Under the pieces are notes generated by a model that ran no database searches, was not told the origin of the DNA, and worked only from the letters and a program-made list of their open reading frames with translations. From the NCBI RefSeq assembly GCF_002803295.2, contig NZ_PGGB02000018.1, positions 8,214-17,871 of the forward strand: 9,658 bases of DNA, written 5' to 3'. Positions 1 through 6,074 of this stretch are shown here, piece after piece. The first letter of the stretch is position 1. Each line of letters starts with the position of its first letter. The translations under genes and the position numbers were made by a program. Source of the DNA: Caedibacter taeniospiralis (GTDB taxonomy: Bacteria > Pseudomonadota > Gammaproteobacteria > Francisellales > Francisellaceae).

Positions 1-107
1 TGAGCCGTGATAGGCTGTCTCATGTCAGTAATAATTTGATAGCGTGTATTGTTAGGCTTAGCATCATCATTGTAAGGAATATTGGGTCTTTGGAATCGAT
101 TACTCAT
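1..107 (-). CDS. hypothetical virion-module protein, 5' end only (gene runs off the window start)
   Basis: ATG at 107..105. An AGGA Shine-Dalgarno-like motif lies about 9 nt upstream, just after the stop of the 701-aa gene. 35 codons (MSNRFQRPNIPYNDDAKPNNTRYQIITDMRQPITA...) are open to position 1. It occupies the slot after the gp12-like gene, where T7-like phages encode internal virion proteins; this is position only. Confidence 0.45.
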   Translation of the reverse strand, partial: MSNRFQRPNIPYNDDAKPNNTRYQIITDMRQPITA

Positions 108-118
108 GCTAATTCATC

Positions 119-2224
119 CTATTTACGCTCATATCGACCGTACAAATGCATCTTTTTAAGTGTAAAGGCGCCATTATGCACTTGACCTGACAGCACAATC
201 CAAAATGAGCGTGCAGTAAACTGCAAACGACGATTCATCATGACACCATGTTGCGCTAATCTTAATCCTGAATGACTATCCAAACCCAATGGGACACTAT
301 CCAAAAAATCACCTTTAAAGTCCAAAGAATAACCTTGATGAATATCTTGAGAAAGATCGAAATAACTTGGCCAGTCACCAAAAACACGTAACGATAGTTG
401 GTTGGCTTTATTGATGGCGAAATCAGAAGAGTAGTCAGCAACAACATCATATCGTTTACAGGCAAATCGTCTTGATTTAAGGCTTTTAACAGGCAATGCC
501 CAATTAAAAGTAAATGCTTTGCCGTCATCGGTGTACACATGTCTTAAGCCAACATGATCAGCATACTCTAAAACATTGTTACCAACCGATAGAAACAATC
601 TCCCTAATGCACTGACAAAGCTACTAGCAAATTGAAAAGCTCCTGAAAATAGACTAAAACTGGTTACTTGCGTACTGATGGTTGCAATGACTGTTTTTTC
701 AAAACCTATTTTGAAGCCAATCATTGTGCCACTGCCATAATAAAAACTTCGACAGTTTTTATAGGCTGTATTAGTAGCTTGTGCTGAATTGACGTAACGT
801 TGAATCAGTGGGTCTAAGGCATTCACACTGGATACGGCTGGTTGCTGAGCAATATTCAAAGTGCCTAAACTGACTAAGCCAGTCGGGGAAACAAATAGCA
901 CGTCATTTCCAACACACTGTACTAAATTGCCATGCACTAAACCTTGGTTGAGTGTGATTTGCCATTTAAAATTATCAATATCAAGTGGATTGTATCCACT
1001 CCATATCTGTAATTGTTTTCTGCCAAATAAGACAAGATGATTTTGGATTGAGCCAATAGCTTCTAATTGATCAGTAACACCATGCTTATTGGAAACATCA
1101 ATATAAGACACTTGTTTGCTATCTTCGTCAAACCAGCTCGTGATAGAGTCAGCGCGATAACTGTAATACACCTTCAAAGGGCTTAATCTATAGCTCAAAC
1201 TAACAGCACCTTCACTTAACGCCCACAATCGGTTATGTAGTACGTACAGAAAACTAAAACAAGGTGGATAATCTTGATAGAAAAGTTTAACGCCATTTTC
1301 AAACTTAGGCAGTACATCGTTAACCTTGACCGTGACTGTTTCATCTGTTTGTGTCGCATCACTCACTTGAAATGAATAATTCCTGTCGTTAACCTTCAGA
1401 ACAATCGTATTACCAACATATTTTTCAATTGGTGTAATTTTGCCCCACTCAAATGTGAACTGCTCATCATCTAATCGCTTAAAACTTTGCGCAGAAGAAA
1501 GAACGTAATCGCACACTTTGATAATCTTATCACCATCAAAACGGATAATATTATCTATGCCATTGCAGATAATAAGCTCATCTTTGAAAAAGACCGCTCT
1601 AGGAATAATATTCGTAGCCAAATGCTCGTATAATTTAGTGAGTTTATGATGTAAATAATCATAGCAATACAAAGAACCTGAGCCATGATATATCTTGGTT
1701 ATTTTACCGTGCGCAACAGGCTCTGCAATAAAGTTATTTTGCAGATCAATCCTAAGTGTATTCTCTGATTGATGAGTGATTCTGTAATGAGCAATCAGCT
1801 GCTGTGCGCCTGAATTTTCATATTCAATTTTGATGCGATCAGCAGTACAGTAACACTCAATGTTTTTGCTAGCAAATTCGACACACTCAGCAGAAATGAG
1901 TTTCGCGTTAGCCCATGTTGTATCGAAGGTGAACTCGCTGACATACAACAGCAAAAGTTGTCGTCCATCTCGATGACAAAAATCGAACATTTCAAGGATG
2001 ATGCTGTCATGTTTTAAACCTTCAGTATAATGCTCAGCATCATAGGCAATAGAGGGCAAGGCTTTGCTTCCGTACCTCACTTTGCCTTCACCTAGGGGCA
2101 AAGCAACCATATTTTCCAATAGGTAGCTGCGATTCTCTGGTAATGACTCAGGCGAGATATTTTGATTCATCCCATAGACTGGTATAGCTGCCTCGATAAT
2201 CTCGTATTGACCACTTTTCAACAT
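119..2224 (-). CDS. tail tubular protein B-like (nozzle; T7 gp12-like)
   Basis: 701-aa ORF with ATG at 2224 and AGGTG (2232-2236) 7 nt upstream. It follows a roughly 200-aa gene downstream of the capsid gene, as in the T7 gp11/gp12 order. The N-terminal YGMNQNISPESLPENRSYLLEN and the C-terminal ...LYGRYERK resemble, from memory, the N- and C-terminal patterns of T7 gp12. No alignment was run. Confidence 0.55.
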   Translation of the reverse strand: MLKSGQYEIIEAAIPVYGMNQNISPESLPENRSYLLENMVALPLGEGKVRYGSKALPSIAYDAEHYTEGLKHDSIILEMFDFCHRDGRQLLLLYVSEFTFDTTWANAKLISAECVEFASKNIECYCTADRIKIEYENSGAQQLIAHYRITHQSENTLRIDLQNNFIAEPVAHGKITKIYHGSGSLYCYDYLHHKLTKLYEHLATNIIPRAVFFKDELIICNGIDNIIRFDGDKIIKVCDYVLSSAQSFKRLDDEQFTFEWGKITPIEKYVGNTIVLKVNDRNYSFQVSDATQTDETVTVKVNDVLPKFENGVKLFYQDYPPCFSFLYVLHNRLWALSEGAVSLSYRLSPLKVYYSYRADSITSWFDEDSKQVSYIDVSNKHGVTDQLEAIGSIQNHLVLFGRKQLQIWSGYNPLDIDNFKWQITLNQGLVHGNLVQCVGNDVLFVSPTGLVSLGTLNIAQQPAVSSVNALDPLIQRYVNSAQATNTAYKNCRSFYYGSGTMIGFKIGFEKTVIATISTQVTSFSLFSGAFQFASSFVSALGRLFLSVGNNVLEYADHVGLRHVYTDDGKAFTFNWALPVKSLKSRRFACKRYDVVADYSSDFAINKANQLSLRVFGDWPSYFDLSQDIHQGYSLDFKGDFLDSVPLGLDSHSGLRLAQHGVMMNRRLQFTARSFWIVLSGQVHNGAFTLKKMHLYGRYERK

Positions 2225-2234
2225 ATTGGCGCAC

Positions 2235-2864
2235 CTAACTAATGTTAAAAGTCGCTTTTACCGGTTTGTGGTAATTTGCAGTCAAATGACCATGGAAATC
2301 ACGTATACCAGTCTGCCAACGATTCAAGGTAGCCAAGAGCTCACTACTATTTTTCATGCCGCTATCATTTTGATAGATGCGATAGGCTGTGCCATCAATT
2401 AGTAGTGGCTGGTAGGATGATTCATACGGAATATCTTCCGATTTTGTCGCTAAACTAAAAGGCTGAGGTCTATCTATTGACCAAACACCCACCCGACAGC
2501 TTTTGCGTGGATAGCAGTGCATTCGTTCATTCAACAAAAACCACCACAATGGCTCGCCTTTTTTTTCAATGCGAGGATCGCTTTTAGTAATAGCAATGAA
2601 ACTCACTGGCTCAAGCAACCGATTGTTTGCCCTGTCGTAGACTTGCAACACACGAAACGCGCTCAACTTATCTGCAGAGATGCCATCAGCTAAATCAACC
2701 TCCTGGTGAGATTTTGTTGCTAATGGATTGACGGTTGCGGTAAAGTTATATAACTCGAAGTGTGCTTGATTGAGATAGCTCAAATATATGGCACAATCAT
2801 CGTCACTTGGCGATATGCCTAAGCTTTGTGAAGCTGCTTGTGTAATAATCTCACGAGCATCCAT
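2235..2864 (-). CDS. tail tubular protein A-like / head-tail adaptor (T7 gp11-like)
   Basis: 209-aa ORF. Its ATG (2864..2862) overlaps the TAA of the upstream gene in a TAATG arrangement, indicating translational coupling. Size and position immediately before the gp12-like gene match T7 gp11. Sequence similarity was not verified. Confidence 0.45.
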   Translation of the reverse strand: MDAREIITQAASQSLGISPSDDDCAIYLSYLNQAHFELYNFTATVNPLATKSHQEVDLADGISADKLSAFRVLQVYDRANNRLLEPVSFIAITKSDPRIEKKGEPLWWFLLNERMHCYPRKSCRVGVWSIDRPQPFSLATKSEDIPYESSYQPLLIDGTAYRIYQNDSGMKNSSELLATLNRWQTGIRDFHGHLTANYHKPVKATFNIS

Positions 2865-3211
2865 TAAGCACCAATCACTAAGGTTAGAATGATTCGAGCA
2901 TTAGCAGGTATTTTATTGTCTTCTACATCTGGAATAGTTAAATTTAACGTATTGGTAGCAGCATCTACAGCAATTGTATCACCGGTTGTGTCTATGACTA
3001 CGCCAGCATCTGTATACACATCAAAGCTCTGAACTGCGAGTATCTTACCCCCAGACGTCCACTTGTAAATCGGATAAGCAGCGTTATGAGCTAATTCCAG
3101 TGTGTTAGCAATATCAATCACGTGTAGCTGTTTGTCTGAACCGCTTGTGTCTCGACTATTGATAGCAGTAGCAGCCTCTGCTTTTGTGGTTTTGGTATAA
3201 CGTATAATCAT
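2864..3211 (-). CDS. small hypothetical virion-module protein (possible head decoration or accessory protein)
   Basis: 115-aa ORF with ATG at 3211 and AGGAG (3218-3222) 6 nt upstream. It lies between the capsid and adaptor genes. I recognised no motif. Confidence 0.6.
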   Translation of the reverse strand: MIIRYTKTTKAEAATAINSRDTSGSDKQLHVIDIANTLELAHNAAYPIYKWTSGGKILAVQSFDVYTDAGVVIDTTGDTIAVDAATNTLNLTIPDVEDNKIPANARIILTLVIGA

Positions 3212-3217
3212 ATAAAT

Positions 3218-3222
3218 CTCCT
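3218..3222 (-). promoter_or_regulatory. Shine-Dalgarno site (AGGAG) for the 115-aa gene
   Basis: The reverse complement of ctcct is AGGAG, 6 nt before the ATG at 3211. Confidence 0.7.
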
Positions 3223-3258
3223 ATTTTTTCCTATGCTTTTTTGCTCTTCTTTTGCTCT

Positions 3259-4380
3259 TTAAGCAATCCGTACAAAGGAATGAATAATGCCTGCTTCAGC
3301 ATCCACACGTGGGTCTATTTTACTTGGGAATTTCAAAGCAGCTTGTCCGCGATATTCTTTAACACCTATACCAATATTGTCTTGATAGTCCCATGTTTGC
3401 GTGATGATTTGTGGTCGAGATGACCACACTAAACCAACCGCATTACCGCCTAATAGAAGATTCCATGCAGCCACTTTGTTGTCTGCACTATTGACTCTGA
3501 ACTCTGCCAATTCATGACATTCATACACCATCACACCTTCAACTTGCCCACGATAACGTGCGCCATCTAAACCATTGGGCATATCTTCCGTTTGTCTTCG
3601 TGCGCTATCATAGTAAATTGACCAAGCAGGGTCTTTTGCAAGAGAGCTATAGCTTTCAGGGTCAATCAAGTAGATATAGTTTTCTACAGGAAATCCTTTG
3701 CGTGTTGTTAACTCAACAGGCGTCAATGGCGTTTCTCTATTAATATTGGTACCACCCATGCGTGCGTAACGATGCAATTTACGTATATGATCAACGGATA
3801 AACCATCTTTTGTATGTGAATCTACCTGAAAGTTAGCAGTATTCATCGCGTCACATCCAGCATAAATACTGTTTTGATAGCCTTTCCCGCCAAAAACAAC
3901 ACGATCAGTTATTGCGCCATTACCGCCATTTGCAGAGTTATACAAGTCGACGGTCATTGCTTTTAGTATATCTCGTACTAATTTTTTTCGCTGTAGTCTC
4001 AAAATAGCCGGTTGCATTGCCTCATATATTTTCAATGGCGATCTTTGACGCACAATATCAGGTGCTTGTAGTTTTAAGGCATTTCGTTCACGCGTAGTCA
4101 CAACGGTTTGTGAAAAAATATTTAAATCTTGCTCATTACCTTGTAACTGCTCAAATTCTTTCACATCATGGCCTAACTCTAACTCTCTTAACAACGAAAA
4201 TGTGTAAGATGCACCAGCGCCTGTATCTAACTCAGCTAGATGAATAGCGGAACTGTCAGAAACGCCCATGAAGGCAGACAGGTTGGTTAAGCCAACATAT
4301 TCTTTGAAAAATTGATCCGCAATTTTTCTATCTTCAAGGGTAATATCATAATGATTGGGTAAAGATGGACTAAAAGCCAT
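3259..4380 (-). CDS. major capsid protein (HK97 fold, T7 gp10-like)
   Basis: 373-aa ORF directly after the scaffolding gene, with ATG at 4380 and AGGAG 5 nt upstream. The segments YLIDPESYSSLAKD, GVMVYECHEL and LLLGGNAVGLVWSS parallel, from memory, FYCDPDSYSAILAAL, GFEVVEVPHL and GLFMHRSAVGTV of T7 gp10. Confidence 0.85.
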   Translation of the reverse strand: MAFSPSLPNHYDITLEDRKIADQFFKEYVGLTNLSAFMGVSDSSAIHLAELDTGAGASYTFSLLRELELGHDVKEFEQLQGNEQDLNIFSQTVVTTRERNALKLQAPDIVRQRSPLKIYEAMQPAILRLQRKKLVRDILKAMTVDLYNSANGGNGAITDRVVFGGKGYQNSIYAGCDAMNTANFQVDSHTKDGLSVDHIRKLHRYARMGGTNINRETPLTPVELTTRKGFPVENYIYLIDPESYSSLAKDPAWSIYYDSARRQTEDMPNGLDGARYRGQVEGVMVYECHELAEFRVNSADNKVAAWNLLLGGNAVGLVWSSRPQIITQTWDYQDNIGIGVKEYRGQAALKFPSKIDPRVDAEAGIIHSFVRIA

Positions 4381-4385
4381 AATCG

Positions 4386-4390
4386 CTCCT
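4386..4390 (-). promoter_or_regulatory. Shine-Dalgarno site (AGGAG) for the major capsid gene
   Basis: The reverse complement of ctcct is AGGAG, 5 nt before the ATG at 4380. Confidence 0.75.
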
Positions 4391-4628
4391 TATTTTTAAT
4401 ATCTTCTAAAACCAAAAAATTGTTAAGACAAAACAAATCCATAGCATTAAAAATACCATAAAAAAGTCATCTATTTTTTCATTGGTTCTAAAGGGAAGGA
4501 GCTGCTTTCTATGATTGAAACGCTTGCGTCTTTAGTATCAACGCTACAACAGATGATAAACTACTTGCTTTCTCACGAAGGAGGGACGGAGTTGGTTTAT
4601 CCTCTGTTGGTGTTCACGAACATATTTT

Positions 4629-5609
4629 TCAGCGACTACTTAAAGCTTGATTGAGCAGACTGCTTAGACTATTGTCTTTGGTTAGGAGACCTTTTGCTGC
4701 TTTATCTTGCAAGTAATAATTTTCACTGTAAATGTATTCGCTACTATGCTTGTATTCTAATATTTCTTGCTGTAACTTGTCAATCTCTTTTTGCTTATCA
4801 GCTAACGCTTTTTGGTAATATTTGCTGAGTTTTTTGATGCTGCCTTTCTGCGTTAATTCCTGGTGTACTGGCATATATTCTTCACCTGCTTTTAACATCG
4901 CACGTGTTAAGGCAATAGAATCCGATTTCAAATGCTTAAATTCCTCAAACAAATCCATTAACTCAGACTCATCGCCTGTTTTGAGTAATGTCTGAAAAGC
5001 ACTCACTTTCTCATCAATTGCCCCATCATTGGTGTATTTCTTGAGATTGGCAATTTCACTATCCCATATTGACGCATATTCAGTCAAAGGATGACTGTTA
5101 ACTTCTTCTTTACCCTCTTTACCCTCATGCTGGGCATCTTCAAACAATTCAGCAGCTTCTTCAGCGGTGAGTTTGCCTGACTCCACACAGTCATGAAGCT
5201 TTTTGTCTAAGGTTTTAAGCTTACGTGATAGCTGATTTCCCCATTGCAGCGTATCTTGATGCTTTTGCTCAAGTAATAACAACGCTTGCTTTATGTCTGG
5301 TTCGTCTGACTTTGAATCAGCCATCTTTTTTTCTTCTTTTGCTTCTTTTGCTTCTTTTGCTTCTTTTGCTTCTTTGACGTTTTTTGCATCTGTCTTAGAA
5401 TCAGAGGTGCCATTATTGTCAACACCACGACTTGATTGCTCTTTAGGACGATTAAAAATATCTATCAAAGAAACCTTTGTTTTGTTTGTTTTATCTGTTA
5501 TATTTTTTTTAGAAGCTTCTGATGTTTTTGATGTTTTTGATGTTTTTAATGGATTCTCAGATGCTTCTATATTCTCTTGATTCAACAGTGACTCATTTAG
5601 TTCAGGCAT
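4629..5609 (-). CDS. scaffolding protein
   Basis: 326-aa ORF between the portal and capsid genes. It is highly charged with K/E-rich, low-complexity, helical-looking sequence (KTSKTSKTS, KEAKEAKEAKEAKEEK). GGAGGA (5615-5620) lies 5 nt upstream of the ATG at 5609. Confidence 0.75.
   Translation of the reverse strand: MPELNESLLNQENIEASENPLKTSKTSKTSEASKKNITDKTNKTKVSLIDIFNRPKEQSSRGVDNNGTSDSKTDAKNVKEAKEAKEAKEAKEEKKMADSKSDEPDIKQALLLLEQKHQDTLQWGNQLSRKLKTLDKKLHDCVESGKLTAEEAAELFEDAQHEGKEGKEEVNSHPLTEYASIWDSEIANLKKYTNDGAIDEKVSAFQTLLKTGDESELMDLFEEFKHLKSDSIALTRAMLKAGEEYMPVHQELTQKGSIKKLSKYYQKALADKQKEIDKLQQEILEYKHSSEYIYSENYYLQDKAAKGLLTKDNSLSSLLNQALSSR
5333..5376. repeat. 9-bp tandem repeat (cttcttttg, about 4.9 copies) inside the scaffolding gene
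   Basis: Read directly from the sequence. It encodes (KEA)n on the minus strand. Confidence 0.9.
5521..5547. repeat. 9-bp tandem repeat (gatgttttt, 3 copies) inside the scaffolding gene
   Basis: Read directly from the sequence. It encodes KTSKTSKTS on the minus strand. Confidence 0.9.
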
Positions 5610-5773
5610 TATCTTCCTCCAGCATCTGTTATATTTAGATTATCCGATTGATTTGCTTGATTACTCTTCTGCAATATCATTTGAAAATCTTTAGCAAGGT
5701 CTTCGTAATCTCTAATTCCTAAACGTTTGAGCAACGCTGATGATTGTAATATCAGCATGGCATTTTGATTGCT
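5609..5773 (-). CDS. orphan 3' coding segment, probably the displaced C-terminal end of a portal gene
   Basis: The frame ...SNQNAMLILQSSALLKRLGIRDYEDLAKDFQMILQKSNQANQSDNLNITDAGGR* is open. Its TAA (5611..5609) overlaps the scaffold ATG in a TAATG arrangement. The only internal ATG (5758) has no SD, so it looks like the tail of a longer gene rather than an independent gene. It is too short (under 60 aa from ATG) to appear in the supplied ORF track. Confidence 0.4.
   Translation of the reverse strand, partial: SNQNAMLILQSSALLKRLGIRDYEDLAKDFQMILQKSNQANQSDNLNITDAGGR
5615..5620 (-). promoter_or_regulatory. Shine-Dalgarno site (GGAGGA) for the scaffolding gene
   Basis: The reverse complement of tcctcc is GGAGGA, 5 nt before the ATG at 5609. 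It is embedded in the last codons (..AGGR*) of the upstream coding segment. Confidence 0.75.
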
Positions 5774-5808
5774 GAGCAACGCTCGCTGCGAGCCATGGAT
5801 AGCGGAAC

Positions 5809-6074
5809 GCGAGGGCGAGTAGACCCGGGTAGCCTTGCGCTGTTGATCAGCAAGCGACGTGCCGAAGGCGCCAGAGCGAAGTCTGTGAAAAAGCTTTTAC
5901 CCAAGGCGTAGAGTAGAATCGGAAACGTGTTGTCTGTTCGGAATGAGCGTAGCGAATTTGTGAGGACAAGCACCGTTGAGGCGGGCGGCCCGGGCAAAAT
6001 TTATACCGCCGAGGATAGCCGATTCGATTTTGTGTATGGATATACAAAATCTATCATGAGGCCCGAGGCACCCT
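5809..6074 (+). repeat. copy 1 of a GC-enriched, hairpin-rich inverted-repeat element (true left end uncertain, possibly about 5774)
   Basis: My base-by-base comparison shows the reverse complement of 5809-6074 equals 9393-9658 except for one position (G5985 versus its equivalent at 9482). GC is 138/260 in 5811-6070 versus 41/100 in 6101-6200, both by hand count. All reading frames are open, so there is no coding signature. Confidence 0.95.

Noticed and set aside
3212-3258. Rho-independent terminator after the capsid gene, by analogy with T7 T-phi
   Set aside because: The spacer contains a short direct repeat (AGAGCAAAAG twice) but no GC-rich hairpin followed by a U tract.
5737-5743. Hammerhead ribozyme core (CUGAUGA on the + strand)
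   Set aside because: No stem II followed by GAAA, and no matching stem I or III, occurs within a plausible distance. The heptamer is isolated.
5823-5995. The two CCCGGG (SmaI-type) palindromes as restriction-related or recombinase core sites
   Set aside because: Six-base palindromes in a GC-rich stretch are expected by chance. No cognate enzyme gene is present in the window. They are used only as part of a tentative RNA helix.
6021-6029. tRNA or tmRNA-like T-loop (GATTCGATT), and tRNA-sized periodicity of about 75 nt
   Set aside because: No flanking 5-bp T stem, acceptor stem, D arm or anticodon arm can be drawn for any module.
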